Source: Geosiphon pyriformis uo1 (taxonomy: Eukaryota; Fungi; Glomeromycota). Taken from it: DNA of 64,000 nt. Positions 23,201-38,399 of this stretch are shown here, in pieces. A model generated the notes under the pieces. The model saw nothing but the letters and a program-made list of their open reading frames with translations. It was not told the origin of the DNA and ran no database searches. Location: the NCBI GenBank assembly GCA_016748015.1, contig JAAOMT010000639.1:62001-126000 (forward strand), given 5' to 3'. Position 1 is the stretch's first letter. Every line of letters starts with the position of its first letter. Made by a program: the position numbers and the translations under genes.

Positions 23201-25896
23201 ATGATAATCACAAAATTTGGAAAATGACAAGTGCCAAAGCCGAAAGTGTCATGCTTGAAGAAATACGAGAAATCAAGAACAACCCTTGGATGCTCAAATA
23301 TAATGAACTCGACTATCCCACAGATGATTTTGTCACTAATAACCCCAATGCATTTCAGAACCAATATTAAGAATTGGTCCTGACTCGAGAAGAGCAAAAA
23401 CAGTAATTTGATCTAAATACCAAACTATGTGACCACTGCTTAATTCCTTGTTACTTCCAATACTGTGACAAGTGTGATCTCATGTTTAATCCACCTCCCA
23501 GAATCCTATATCTGATTACTGAATTACCTGAGCTTGAGGAAGAAGAGGAATTACTTACCAGGGACATGTTATTTCAAGAGCCAAATCTGACTACCAAAAT
23601 AGAACAATACCTTGTATATCCTGACTTCTTCAAAGAATTATAATTAAAATGGTATAGTGACAACAATAAAAAAATATGCTCAGAAAAAGCACATAAAACT
23701 GATGCAGGTTTTGATTTAAGATATTCTGGACAATCACCTATAGTTATAGCCCCACATTCTTTGGTAAAAATAGATCTCAAAATAGCATTAGAAATTCCTG
23801 TTAGCACCATGATACAAATAGTGTTTAGATTGAGTTTTGCAAAGAAAAGAATTGATATAAAAGGAGGAATTATCAATGCCAGCTATATGGAAAACATTAT
23901 CATAATGCTGCAGAACAATTTAGACAAACCCTACAAGATCGAATCTCACGAAAAGATTGCCCAAGCCATCTTTTTACCTTTAGTCAAAATATCCCAACTA
24001 GTCCTGGTTATTATCCAAAAAAAATTAGGTCTTACTGTCCAAAGAATTAATGGGTTTGGCTCAAGTGGAAAAAGGAATGTAACAGTCAATTTTACAGAGG
24101 AGAATAATGACTAGGTAAAACTTATCTACACTGATACCATTATTTCTATCCCTCCTTATCAGCAGTACATTCTCAAAGTCAACAAAAGGATTCAAAACCA
24201 AGCACTAGTCTTTGAGGCTGATCCTGAAATCTGCTTGCTAGCTGACATCACTAACCTGTACTTATCAGCCAAAGCTTATAAACATTTCAAAATTCTTATC
24301 CACAATTCGACTGAAGACATTATCGAAATTTCTGAAGAAACTCTCATTGGTTCTATATCTTCAGATATTCAGAATTCAGAAAAACTCCACCCTATTCTAG
24401 ACTTCATTCAATTGTTCTTGTTCTGTAATATTATCTCACAAGTATAGAACCTGCCAAAGGAAAGTTATTTGTTCATGTTGGAAAAAATCAATAAACTCAA
24501 TTTGGAAAACCTGAGCACTTTACAGCAAATACAACTTTAGATTTTATTGAACCAATATACTGATGTTTTTGCCAGCAAAAATGAGTTCAGACACACTGAC
24601 ATCATGAAACACCAAATTGATATCAGAGATGCTCGACCTATTAAACAGTTAGCTTACCAAGTATTCTCATCTGGCAATAATCTGATTAAGCAAAAAGTAC
24701 AATGAATGCTTAACAACGGACTGATTAAAAAATCATTAAGCCTTTGGTCTTCTCCAGTAGTTTTAGTCACAAAAAAGAACAGGAAGGTATGATTTTGTGT
24801 GGATTACTGAAAATTAAATAACATTACCTGAAGAGATAGCTATCCTACTCCTCTTATCCAAGAAATCCTAGACAACTTAGAAAAAAAGAAATGGTTCTCA
24901 TCACTAGATCTAGCCAGTGGATATTGACAAGTCAAAATGGACCCAAAAAACAAAGAAAAAATGGCATTTACCACCCAAGATGGAAACTTTGAATTCAACA
25001 TAATGTCTTTTGAACTGTACAATACTCCCGCTATCTTCTAATGTTTTATGAATGTTGTGTATAAAAGAATCTTGTAGAAATTGGTCATAGTATATCTGGA
25101 TGATACCAATGTATTCTCAGAAACATTCAACAAACATTTGCTCTATTTGCAACAAGTCTTCAAACACCTTCAAGATGCTGGATTGAAATTCAACCTTGAT
25201 AAATGCTTTTTTGAAAAAACTTAACTGAAATTCTTAGAACATGTAATCAGCAAAGACAGAGTAAAACCTGATCCAGACAAAATCCAAAAGGTCAAAAATT
25301 TTCCAGCCCCAATTAACTTACGAGAGCTACAAAAATTTTTAGGATTGGCTAAATACTACTGCCAATTCATTAAAGGATTCTCAACTATCACAAAATCCCT
25401 TCATTACTTGTTGTCCAAATACATGCCATACCTGTGGAAAAAAGAGCAACAAAAGATCTTTGACTATCTTAAATAGTAATTAATTACATCTCCAATACTA
25501 ATCTATTCCAACTTTACCAAATAATTCATTGTTGCTACAAATGCATTAAAGAATGCACTAGAAGCTGTATTATTACAAATAGAACCAGACAGAAGAAAAC
25601 ATTCAATTGCCTATGTTAGTCATAGTACCAGCCCAGCAGAAAAAATATATAGCACAATGGATTTGAAATGCCTTGCCATTTATTGGGCCATACAAACATG
25701 GAAACACTATCTCAGACAATTATTTGACTTATATACCAATTATAAGGAACTTATCTGATTATTCAATAACCCACAGCTGGAAGAAAAATATGTGAAATGG
25801 AATACTTATCTGCAACAATTCTTACTCAAAGTTTATTACAAGGAAGGATCCAAGAACACCAATGCCGACAGTTTGTCGAAAATGCCACAAACCTAA
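20264..25896 (+). pseudogene. gag-pol of C (continues 10921-11081)
   Basis: Capsid IAKLEKFS, CCHC CYYCQKPGHIVYDC ~21643, PR, Cys module, dUTPase 23690-24070, RT with YLDD at 25093, RH ending NADSLSKMPQT-stop. Confidence 0.9.
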
Positions 25897-25906
25897 TCTT
25901 GGATCC

Positions 25907-27277
25907 ATGGACACACTTACTTATTAACGATTACATCAGTATCTATTGACACTACATTTTAAAGAAATATTATCTCAACAGGAACAAAATACTATATGGA
26001 AACAAGTATGAAATTACTTTATTCAAAATGACCAACTCTATCATCAAGAATAACGAAACCACATCATCTTACAATGATTAATTAAGGACAATAAAAAAGA
26101 AGCTATATTATATAGTATGCATTCTGACTCAACTGCAGAACACTTCAACAAAGACATGACTCTGAAAAGAACAACAAATCTATACTATTGGCCTATGATA
26201 TATAAGGATATCTTTGAATATGTTCTCAATTGTGACTTATGCCAGCAAAAAGGAGGAGCCAAAATAATGGAACCATTTCGACCCATTCCAATTGGAAATT
26301 CATTTGATAGAATTAGGATCAATTTGGTTGGTCCTCTCTCAATTACATCCAAAGGAAATTGTTACATTGCAGTAGCCGTAGACTACCTTACAAAATGGCC
26401 AGAAGCCAGAGCAATTCAAATAACTAACACCAAAACAGTAGCCAAATTTGTACACCAAGATCTAATATGCAGACATGGATGTCTGAAAGAACTGTTATCA
26501 GATCAAAGAACACATTTCATCAATACTATGTTAACTGAATTAAGTCAATGTTTTGATATAAAATAACTTCTATTATTACCATATCATCCACAAACAAATG
26601 GACTGGTAGAACAGTTTAACAGGACATTATGTGAAGCATTAGCAAAAATAAGTTATGAAAATAAACAAGAATGGGACTTATTCATATCTTCTGTATTCTT
26701 TGCATATCAAACATTAAAGCAAAATACGACACAGTTTGCACTATTTGAATTAGTCTATAGAAGAAAAGCAATATTACCTATTGAATAAAAAATAGTGTCC
26801 TACCCAACAAAAACTATCAATGAAAAAAATTTTAAAGTTACCTTATGCCAAAGAATATACCAGCTAATAAAAATGTTAGAAAACAATTGTAGAACAGCAG
26901 CTGACAATATTAGTAATGCTCAAGAATGACAAAAAGAAAGACATAATAATCACCTATCCAAACAACCAATAGAATTTAAAATTGGAGACCAAGTACTATT
27001 ACATTATACAAAAGCAGAAAAACAATGGAGTGGAAAGTTTGACCCAAAGTGGGATGGCTCATTTCACATACATGAAGCTTTAGGAAATGGAGCTTACAAA
27101 TTACAATTGAAAAACAAAATTTTAAAGAAAATAGCTCATGGAAATTGATTAAAAATTTATTATGTGAAACAATAGTCATTGTCATCAGTATATCAACTAG
27201 AAACACAAATCCTATTAATCAGACCAGAAGATATATCATGAAATTTGGAACCAATCATTATCATTATCAAAACATAG
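25907..27277 (+). pseudogene. Integrase ORF of C (ATG 10 nt after pol stop; 457 codons with internal stops)
   Basis: MHSDSTAEHF..CDLC, DYLTKWPEARA, YHPQTNGLVE, KFDPKWDG. Confidence 0.9.
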
Positions 27278-27361
27278 ACAACATGTAGCAAATTAAATTG
27301 GAAAATTCAAGTATATATACTACCCAGAAAACAATAAAAAAATGATAGAACCTTTTTCAAT

Positions 27362-28094
27362 ATGGATCTTTCAGATCAAATTCTACAACTTTTGAAACAA
27401 CTGTTTAACACAATTCAACAATCTTCCACTCAAATAGAAATCACAATTGATAAAAAAAAGATATAATACAGGGATAAGAGCAAGAAAAGGGTGGACAAAA
27501 ATTCAACTAGAACTAAGCTGTCCCACTTTTACAAGCAAACCTCTCTCTATGAAAGAAAAAAAAAAGAATACAGTGAGGATAGGATCCAACACAGCTAAAG
27601 AGAAGGTGAAGATGACAAAAATGGAACTATGTTAGGTGAAAATTGAGGAAATAAGGAAGGAACTGAACAGGCAAACACCAAAGCTGGTAACAGGAGAATG
27701 AACACCTAAAAATACAAAGAAATGAAAAAAGAAACTTCCACTCATTTATTGGCTATTTAAAATTGGGTTGCAATTAGGATTAAATAGCCCATATGAAGAC
27801 CTCAACCATTGAATGATTAACAAAGAAACCTACAGACAAGTAGAAGAATTCATGAGAAAAAACAACTTAAATCTATACTACAAAACAACATACCAACTAC
27901 ATTTAGCATTTAAACACTGTCCAACAGTACTACTAAACAAAACTCTGAAAACTATTACAGTCAACGACATAGAACAGATAACAAACACCCAATTTGAAGT
28001 TCTACAAAAAGCAATACTAAAGGCAACATTTGAGTTCTTTATGAAAAACACAAACTTGGCTGAAATAGATGATTTCACAGGAGCTCAATTTTAA
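27362..28094 (+). pseudogene. ORF3 homolog of C
   Basis: MDLSDQILQLLKQLFNTIQQ...ITNTQFEVLQK...DDFTGAQF-stop, then PPT. Confidence 0.82.
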
Positions 28095-28108
28095 AAAGAG
28101 AAGAATAA

Positions 28109-28976
28109 TGTTATCTGAATAGAAAAACCAAAAAGCTATGGAAAAAACATAACAAAAAAATGTGACAAGAAAAACGTGGTACAACTCAAGGTAACACAGA
28201 GCAATAGCTAGCAATAACGAGCAATAGCTAGCAATAGTGAAGCAATTGAAAGCAATCCTGTAAAACCAAAAGAATGTATAAAAGCAAGTAGTTGTAGAAG
28301 TTAAAAAGACAGTTAGTTAGCAATCAATTTTACTTTGTATTATACTTATCATATATCTATAGTCTGAAATACAATAAAATATCAAAAACCAAAAAGAAAT
28401 CCAATTTATCACTTCATGTTTACCAATATTATGGATTTCAATTAAAAATTGAAATCAGTATTTTCTATCTTTGTTCCGGAACAAATGCTATTAGCATAAA
28501 TGCCTCAAACCTTAACAATTTGGACCAATTGCTCTTGATCATGGCAATTGACAGGAACTAATTCTTTTTTTTTTTTTTTGTTTTTTTGTTTTGTTTGGAG
28601 TAGCAACATAGGAAAATCGACTGTCTTGAAATAGACTTTATGATAGCCTGGTAAAAGAAAGAAGCTCTTCTTAAATTTTGGATATTAACGTTATCTTGGT
28701 AGTTTACCAGAAGGGCAAAAAGACAATACTGAACTCTAATAACTGTGCTTGTTAGCATAGAAAAAAAAACTTACAATTATGGAAAACATTGTAATTGACA
28801 AAAGACAAACTCTGTGCCTTATAACCAAAGAATTCAACAGGTAAATTCACATCCAGGAATAGACCTTCAGAGACTGATAATACTAACATGGTGGAAAAAG
28901 CAGACAATTTTAAAAGATAACCCAAAAATAGAGCACCAAATATTACCACTATACCCCACCAAGTTTACTTATAATA
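28109..28976 (+). repeat. 3' LTR of C; PPT 28095-28108
   Basis: Pairs with 9936-10859. Confidence 0.92.
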
Positions 28977-31900
28977 GTAATTACTTTAAAGAATTTAAAT
29001 CATAATCACCAACACCATCAGAATTTTGATCACCACTACCTCCACCAAATTTCAGAACCATAAGTTCCTGGGAAATAACAGGATTAGAAGAAAAAGAAAA
29101 CAAGAATCAGGAATTTAATTATCAAAACCTGATCTCCAAAAACACCAAACTTGAAATTCTAATTAATCAACCTCCACAAAATCAGAATAATCTAAATCCC
29201 AACATTATTAATCAACAAAACTTACCTTCAGCAATCATAATCAATTCACTACCAATTGTCATATCACTGCCACAACTTCAACAACAATTACTTTAACAAT
29301 TACTTCAACAATTATCCCAACAACTGTTAATCATATTAATGGTCTATGCACCAATTGCCAAGTTAGAAAAATTTACTGGCAAAAAAAATAATGCCCAAGT
29401 TTGGCTTAATAACATAGCCAAAGCAATAACTACCAACAACTGGGATGATGCCAAAACAATGCAAACTATTCTGTATTTTCTACAAGACACTGCTAATTCT
29501 TGGTACCAAAATCTTGTAAACAAACTACAAGATTTTAATGTGTTCAAAGTCATATTTTTGCAATATTTTAGTGATCATAACAGTATTAATTACTTAAAAA
29601 TTAATTTTACTACTATTAAACAAAAAGACACTAAAGCAGTTACTACTTACTTGAAATGCTTCCACCAAAATCTGTGTCAAATTCAGACCATTGATGCAAA
29701 CTACTTTACAGTACCACAGATTTTGAATCAGTTTATTCACAGATTGTGCAGCAGCCTACTATAACACATATGCATACTATAACACATATGCCTACTATAC
29801 CCAGTTACTCTTCAAGATGCCATTAATTATGTCAAAGATTTAGAATCAGCTGAATTAGAAGCCAATCACATCCAAGCCATCAATCTAGTAATGAACAGAT
29901 TATCTGACTTGAATTTAAAACTGAAACAATTAATAGAATTTATTAATCAGAAATTAGAGAAATACTTAGCTAACAACAATCAGGCCATTTATTAACCATC
30001 ACAATGGCATGCAAATTCAGAAAATTTTAATCAGATTCAAAATTAATCATGTCCATCACCATCAAATCAATTATGGCCACAAAAAATACATAATTGCCAC
30101 TATTGTGGTAACACAGACACATCCAAAGAGATTGCCAATTACAATTAAATACACAATAATCAAGGAATCAATATAGAAATTCTGATTGCTGATTTCAGAT
30201 TTCAAATTACATCAATAATTTATTAAACAAACAATATTAATATCAGCCCTATTACCTACCAATAATGCAACAAATATACTCATCTCCAATTTATCAAATT
30301 TCAACACCCATAATATATCAATCACAGCCACAAATAATTTATCAACCTTGACCATCAAACTTAAATTAATTACTGAAAACCAAAGACTGAGAGTCACTTA
30401 TACTTAACAAAACTGGAAATCAATAATAATTATGCATCAACTGATCCCCAGTTCTTCCAATCAGTTATTAGGATCACACAAGTGAAATCCTAAAAATGGA
30501 TATCTTCAAAACCTGAATTTTTAGAACTATTTAAGCCTTCTTGTAATCTCTGAAAACACTCAAACTAATAATCCAAAAACCTACCAAAAACCATTAATTA
30601 GCAACATCCCACCAATAATAATCACTAATAATGAATTACTAGCAGTTATTTTTTCTTTTGAAATCAAAGAATTCTTAGCAATGCCTCTTTTTAGTGGAAC
30701 CACTTTGACACCAAACTTATTACTGTAATGTACACTAATGCCAAGATTGATGATTAGTCAATTAAACTGATTCTAGACAGCAGTTCAGCAGACAGTATCA
30801 TTACTAAGCAGCTTATAGACCAATTAGGTTGCCAAGTTGATCATGCAGTCAGTGCTCAAATTATTACAGTGGATGAAGCCACTAAGATGCCAATCAGCAA
30901 AATTGATGACTTTCCTTTCAAAGTCAATAGCATCATGATACTCATCAAAGTTCTTGTGATAGAAGCAACTCAATATTAAGCATTAGTTAGTAATAATTGG
31001 TTATCCAAAACCAATGCTGTATTTGATTAGACCATGCAAGAGCTCTAGCTTAACCAAAGCAGCCAGCACACACATGTACCAGTCACTTGCAATTATTTTA
31101 AGACCACTACTATGTCAACACTACTAATAAAATTTGAAGAAGAAGAAGTAAACAAACCTACCTAAGAAATCTATCAAGTCTCATGGGCTAATAATGACCA
31201 TAACAAACTGCCACTGATTTTGACCTGAAAAGAAAAGGAAAAAAGAAAAGGCAAGAAGAAAGAAGAAAAGCCAGTACAAGCCACTACCTCTACATAAATA
31301 CCATATACTTATACACCACAACAACAACCAAACTATTGCTGACCAAAGCTTATATGTGTTGATTGTAATAAAAAATTGTTATTAATAAGTGCATGCTATG
31401 GTGATGATAAGGAATGGCCAATAACAACAAAGTTCTATTGCTGCTCATGTATTCTAAAACAGTTTAGATGACTAAAAAGACAAGGAAAATAAGATAACAA
31501 ACCTTGTCTTACCTGTGAAACCATCTTGTCCAATGAAGGAATGTGGAATAACATTCCTAGGCATAAAGAAATATATGACAAAATGTGCTAATATATGATC
31601 CTAATAAACAACTGGGTACACAAAAGAACTCTAATTAATAATGCATGGAAAAAACGTTGTAACAATTGGAAGAATATCTCCATGATGAACATAAGATCTG
31701 GAGAATGGCAAGTGTAAAAGTAGAAGACACTACTCTCAGTGAACTACTGAAAATTAAAAACAACCTATTATCTCTTCCTGAACCTGAATATGTTTCAACT
31801 TTTAATGTCTTTGGCAACATTAAGAACAATTCAGAAGAATTTTATGAGCACTACTAGTGTCTAACACCAACAAAAAAAAAGCAAGAACAATGGTTAGAAT

Positions 31901-34469
31901 AGTTAAACACTTGACTATATAACCATTGTTTGATTTTATGTGACTTCCAATATTGTAATAAGTGTGATCTTATTTATAATCTACCACCATATATAATCTA
32001 CACAATCTCAGAGGACAAAAAACCAATCAGCAACTGTGTATTAAAATCAGAATCATCATTCAAATCTGATTTAAACTCCAACAATAATGACAAAAACAAT
32101 GGTTTCAGCTCTGTTCAAAATGACAATAACAGCAATAACAATTCAAACTCTAATTCAAATTCAGAACAGTACATTACACTTCCTGATCTCTCTAAAGAAC
32201 AGAAACTTAAATGGTTTAGTAATAATGATAAGAGTATTATGTCAGAATAAGCACATAATACTGATACAAAATTTGATCTGAGATATCCAGAAAAAAATAC
32301 CATAAAATTGAAATCACATTCATATATATGCATTGATCTGAAAGTAGTCTTAGAAATTCTAGCAACAACTATGGTTCAACTAGCATTTAAAAATAGTTTA
32401 GCAAAAAAAAAGATCAATATTAAAAAAGAAATAATTGATGCAAGATATGTAGAAAATATCATTACAATGCTATAAAATAACTCTGAAAAGACTTATATTA
32501 TTGAACCAAATGAAAAGATAACACAGGCAATATTCCTGCTTCTAGTTAAAATAGCTTAATTAGTATCAGTAGAAAAGAAAGAAAAATTAGAAATGATAGC
32601 AAGAGGAATAAATGGATTTAGATCCACAGATAGAATAGATGTATCAGTTAATATGGCAGAGAAAGAAATTATTGACAAAAGAAAAATTATCTCCACCTGT
32701 CAATCAATTTCCATTCCATTATATAACCAGTACATGTTAGCTATAGAGAGAAAAGTAAAAAATCAAGCCCAGATGTTTGAAGCAGAAGCAACTATTTGTG
32801 AATTAGGAGAGATTGGACTTACTAATCTTTACATACCAGTTAAAAACAAGAACCATATCAAAATTTTCATCTACAATACAACAGAAGACATCATAGAGAT
32901 ACCAAAAGAAACCATCATCAAATATTTAACTACTGAAGTAAAAGATCAACCACCAAACACTATTCTAGATTTTTCACAACTTTGTAAATATGTGAATATT
33001 ACATCACAAACAATTTATAAACAGAACAAATATTATTTGCTCTAATCAAAACAATTAGAACAGATAAACTTGGAAAATCTAGACCCACTTTAACAGATGC
33101 AACTCAAAATGCTACTTAACAATTTCACCAACATTTTTGCAAATAAAAATGAATTTGGCAGAACTAATATTATTCAGCATCAGATCAAGACTAAAGATGC
33201 CATGCCAATAAAACAAAGAACATACCAAGTACTACCAGCCAGTCATAAAATCATTTGACAAAAAATTAATAGAATGTTAGACAATGAGTTAATTTAACCA
33301 TCAATGAGTTCATGATCTTCACCAGTTGTATTGGTTTAGAAAAAAAATGAGAAAATTCGGTTTTGCATAGATTACCAAAAACTTAATGGAGTAACAAAAG
33401 AAGATAGCTACTTAACTCCAAAGATCCAAGAACTTTTTGATGTATTTGGAGAAAAGAAATGGTTTTTAACTTTGGACTTAGACAGTGGTTACTAGCAAAT
33501 AGCCATAAAACCAGAAGATAAAGAGAAAACAGTTTTTACAACCCAAAAAAAAATTTTGAATTTGAAGTTATGCTTTTTGGCTTAATGAATATCCCAGCTA
33601 TCTTTTAATGATTAATAGAAATAGTTTACAAAGGACTACTGTGGAAATTAGTAGTTGTTTACATAGATAACACCAATGTGTTCTCCAAGACATTTGATAA
33701 TTATTTACACCATCTCTAACAAGTATTTGAAAGACTAAGAAAAGCCGGATTAAAGTTAAATACAACCAAGTATTTCTTTGGAAAAACTGAACTCAAGTTT
33801 TTAGGACATGTCATAAACAAAAATGGCATTAAAACAGATCCAGACAAAATTAAGATAGTTAAAAACTTTTTAGTACCCATCAACTTGACCAAACTATAAG
33901 CATTCTTGGAATTTGTAAGTTACTACTACTGCTTTATCAAAGACTTTTTCAAACTGGCTCAGCTATTACACCAGCTCCAAACAAAAAACACCAAATATGA
34001 ATGGATAGAAAACCAGTAAGAAGCTTTTAATACATTAAAAAGAAAGCTTATTTAAGCTCCAGTATTAATTTATCCAAATCATAACAAGCTGTTTATCATT
34101 ACAACCGATATGTTAAGTCAAGAATTAGGAGCTGTACTATCTTAGAAAAGACCAGATAGAAGAGAACATCCAGTAGCATACACTAGTTGCAGTTTAAGTC
34201 CAACTAAAAAGAACTATGAAACTTTAGCACTAAAATACTTAGCAATTTATTGAGCAGTCATGAAATAGAAGGAATACTTAAGCCAAAAATTTGACATATA
34301 TACTGACCATAAAAGATTAACTTCAATTCAGAAACAAAAATTTGGAGATAATTACTATGCTAGATAAAAAATAGAACTTTTACTATTTAATTATACAGTA
34401 TATTACAAAAAGAAAAAAGAAAAAGAAAAAGAAAATACCAACAGTTTGTCACAGATAAAACAAATCTAA
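28977..34469 (+). pseudogene. gag-pol of D (3' part)
   Basis: MVYAPIAKLEKFTG capsid, PR ~30770, Cys module, dUTPase ~32250-32630, RT, RH ending SLSQIKQI-stop. Confidence 0.9.
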
Positions 34470-34500
34470 AAACATTTCAAACCCAAAAATATAACAAAAG

Positions 34501-35900
34501 ATAAACACACAAAAATACCAACAACTCTAATACTATATCAATATCTAACAGTTCAAGGAGAAATTATCTCAAAAAAAACAAAACAACATAAAGCAACAAT
34601 CAAAATATTTTATCATTTACCAAAATATACTATATCAGAAAAACAGAAAAAATTCAGAGCAACTACTTAAAGTAATTACAAAACCAGAAAAAGAAACAAT
34701 ACTATTTAACATGCATTTAAATCTAACAATAGAACATTTTTATAAAGAAGCAATTATGGAAAGAACCAGAAAAAAATACTATTGGCCATCAATGTATTCA
34801 GACATCATTCAATATGTTCAAAATTGTAATACATGTTAGAGAAAAAAAAGAACAAAACCCAGTGAATTACTAAAACCAATCAAGGTGGAACAATCATTTG
34901 ATTGTATTGGAATTGACTTAGTTGGACCATTAACAATCACCAGCAGAGGCAACAAATATATTGTAGTAACCATGGATTATCTTACAAAATGGCCAGAAGT
35001 GAAAGCAATTCAAAGAGCAGATGCAAAATCTATAACCAAATTTGTTTATTAAGATCTAATTTGTTGACATAGATGTTTAAAAAAATTGTTATCAGATCAA
35101 GAAACTCATTTTGTAAACAGAACACTAGCAGAATTAAGTCAAAGATTTGGAATCAAAAGACCACTATTATTATTATACCATCTACAAACAAATAGTTTAG
35201 TCAAAAGATTCAATAGAACATTGTGTAAAGCAATCGCTAAAATCAGTTAAAAAAACCAGAATAAATAGAATTTGTTTATACCATTAGTATTATTTGCTTA
35301 TTGGACAATGAAGCAAAATACTATACAAGCAACACCATTTGAATTAGTATATAGTAGAATAACAATACTACCAATCAAAATAAAAGTCAAGACATATTCA
35401 ATAGAACCAATAACAGAAGACAATTTCCAAGAAATATTGTTAAGAAGAACATATAACTTAATAGAAACACTAAAAAACAAATGGCAAGGAACAGTTGACA
35501 ACATTCAAAAGTTACAAGCAAAACAAAAAAAATGACATAATAACCAATTACCAGATAAACCAGTTGAATTTAAAATTGGAGACAAAGTACTTTTACATTA
35601 TACCAAAGCAGAAAAACAATAAAGTAGAAAGTTTGACTCCAAATAAGATGGATCATTTTATATTGAAGAAATTTTGGAAAATAGAACATATAAACTAAGA
35701 TTAAACAACAAAATCTTGACTAAAACAGCACATAATAATTGACTAAAATCATACCACAATATAGCATTATTATTATCTACCAATAATATTCTACAGCTGA
35801 AAGTACAAAAAATACCAGTGAAATTAGATAAGATTTTATGAGATTTAGAACCAATTATATGTATTAAAACAAAACATGTTGATCTGATTTACTAAAACAA
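34501..35900 (+). pseudogene. Integrase ORF of D
   Basis: Homologous to A and C integrase; IGIDLVGPL, DYLTKWPE. Confidence 0.87.
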
Positions 35901-35940
35901 TATATAAGGAACCAAAGTATGTAACAACAACAACAAAAAA

Positions 35941-36588
35941 ATGGAAATTTCAGACCATATTTACCAATTAGCACAACAATTATTTCAGACCATAAATCAA
36001 CAACAAACAGACATGAAAATAACGATCAATCATCAAACCATCTACTATAAAAACACTAAAAAGGAAAGAAAAAAGACTACATCATATCAACAAATACATA
36101 AAAGAATTAGCAATAATATTAACAAAATTATTGAGAAAGTAAAAAGTGCTCTCAAAAAACCAACTGTTATTGTTCAACCAGAAGAGATGACAACAGAAAA
36201 TTGGAATTAATAGATAGAACAATTTCCAATTTTATATTGCTATTGGCATCTGAGACAAAATTTAATGATCCAGAATTTATATACAGATCAAACCAAAAGA
36301 GTCTTTGATTAAAAAATTATACAAGACATAGAAAATTTTATTGGAAAGAAATTTAATTTAAGTATATACATCAAAACTATTTACTGAATATACACTACCT
36401 TTTAAGACTATCCAAAGATACTATTACAACTGAAAATTAACAGCTTATCTATTAATCAATAGGGAAGAATAACCAACAGCCAGTTTGAAAAACTCTATAA
36501 AAAAATAGATAAAATAATCTTAAAAAAAGAAATTATAAAATTATTACAAGAAGGAATATTAAGAGATTTTGATAGAACTCAATATTAA
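35941..36588 (+). pseudogene. ORF3 homolog of D (216 codons, internal nonsense transitions)
   Basis: MEISDHIYQLAQQLF..FPILYCYWHL..ITNSQFE..DFDRTQY-stop; aligns with 11522-12175. Confidence 0.85.
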
Positions 36589-36602
36589 AAAGAAGAAAAT
36601 AA

Positions 36603-37561
36603 TATTACACTTAAAAAAGAAAAAAATAATACATAATTAAAAAAAAAAACACATGATTATAAATTAGCCAATTAGAATAGAAGAAGAAAAAAGAAGATTT
36701 TTTAAGAAATCCTGGATGTTTTAAAAAATCTAGAATTATTCAAAAAATCTAAGATATTTCAGAAAAGTTGAAGATTTTTCAGAAAATCCTGTATGTTTCA
36801 AGAAATCAAGGATTTTACAAAAAATCTAGCAAAAAAAAAGATTTTTTGTGTAAAGAAAATTATGTATATATAGTAGTAGTGTTAGAAATAAAAAAAAACA
36901 GATTTTATGCAGAATAAAAAATTCTCATCTTTATCTCTACTTTATTACTTTAAGAATAATTACTATTAACTGAAGTAAAAATTATCAAATATTAAATAAA
37001 AACTATACTTGTTATTACACCATCTATGTTACTATTACTTAATTAAAAATCTGACTCAACTTTCTATTATTAACAGTTTATGTTGATAAAATCTAACACT
37101 TAACTACACTGAAACAATAGCTCTTGATCACAGCTATTGATGAGATACTAACTTAATTGTCTTGGCTTAATTTTTTTATTTTTTTTATTTTATTTTTTTG
37201 TTTTGTTTATTGTTGTTTACTAATTAATTGAGAGATTAAACACTAAGTTACTAACGTCAAGAATAGCCTGGTAAAAAACTCAGCAATAAGGATAAAACTT
37301 TGATATATATTAATGGATAGCTTACCAGAAGAGCATGACTGCCAAAATAAATCAGTTACTATACTAAAGACAGAAATTGAGAAAACTGCTTAAAAGATTT
37401 CACAAACATCAGCTGTTAAATCTCTGTTTATTATACAAAGAATTCAACTTAAAACCTTCAAATCTATCAAAACTTTCAGATATTACCAATCATATTAGCT
37501 ATTGAGCACCAAGTTATAAATTTGTTATTTGATTTAAAACCCCAAATAATTGACTATAACA
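36603..37561 (+). repeat. 3' LTR of D; eroded PPT 36588-36602
   Basis: TATTACA...TATAACA termini; 3' part matches 9102-9325. Confidence 0.85.
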
Positions 37562-38390
37562 ACATGGTAAATGCAAATTTCTGTGGTGATTTTAATATGA
37601 ATAAAACTTTTAGTATTTGACATCTCAATAACAAGATCTGTTTTGGATACATCAGCTTAATATTGGCAATACTTTGGTTGTATTTCATAAAGGCACTGCA
37701 CCATTACTTGTTAATGGCTAAAAGAAAAAGAATATATAATCTAAGATATTTAAGTATTATTTATATCTGATATAAAATGCTGGAGGACTCTAATCACATG
37801 TTATTTTGTGCTTATAACAGCAGTATTAGGAAAGGGTTATTATCTAATGCTGTTCTGAAATAGAATATGTTGCTGGGTGTTTTTGCTAAGGAAAATGTGG
37901 TTGTTTGGTCTTTAAGTAGGGCTGTTTTGTCTATTGATTTATACATGACATTGGTTAAAGGATTTGTGTTAAAAAGTTGGATGGCTAATATAATATACTG
38001 TTTGGGCACTAATTTTAAAGATGGTTTAATGATTGTTAAATTAGTCTATTGTTTTATTGAAGATCACAGATCTGTCATTTGGTTGCTTGCAGCCAAGTTG
38101 AGATCCTATTATAAGAAGCATAATTTTTTGTCCCATAATGGGTTTTTTGTTTCTTTAATATCTGGTTTGTTATCTTTGTGGTCTCCTGGAATGATTCACA
38201 GTTTTGATATTAAATTGAGTATTCATGTTTGTTTTGGATTGTATTTTTGTCTGTTCAGATTGAATTTTGGTTTTTTGAATAATGTTTTTATAGTGAATAG
38301 TTATGTAGTGCTGTCTTGATTGGTCTGAATGGGTAATTATATGTAAAAAAAGCATGAACCATGCTTAATTTAGGATCTAATTTGATTTTA
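37562..38390 (+). mobile_element. LINE-like non-LTR retrotransposon, 3' fragment (C-terminal zinc-finger region), target of D
   Basis: YFIKALHHYLLMAKRKRIYN...EDSNHMLFC resembles the zf-RVT C-terminal motif of LINE ORF2; ORF 37867-38319 continues it. Confidence 0.6.
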
Positions 38391-38399
38391 TATACTTAG

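Larger units (their letters stand above)
9936..28976 (+). mobile_element. Ty3/Gypsy copy C, full length, nested in D gag
   Basis: LTR pair 9936-10859 and 28109-28976; 4-bp TSD GTGA/GTAA; host gag reads through (..TYGD|YF..). Confidence 0.92.
9102..37561 (+). mobile_element. Ty3/Gypsy copy D (outermost, host of C and B)
   Basis: 5' LTR remnant 9102-9325, PBS 9328, gag interrupted at 9935 and resuming at 28977, pol to 34469, IN, ORF3, PPT, 3' LTR 36603-37561. Confidence 0.88.

Noticed and set aside
26990-27277. Chromodomain at integrase C-terminus
   Set aside because: Only a GPF/SH3-like segment and a short LEPI tail are visible; no chromodomain signature
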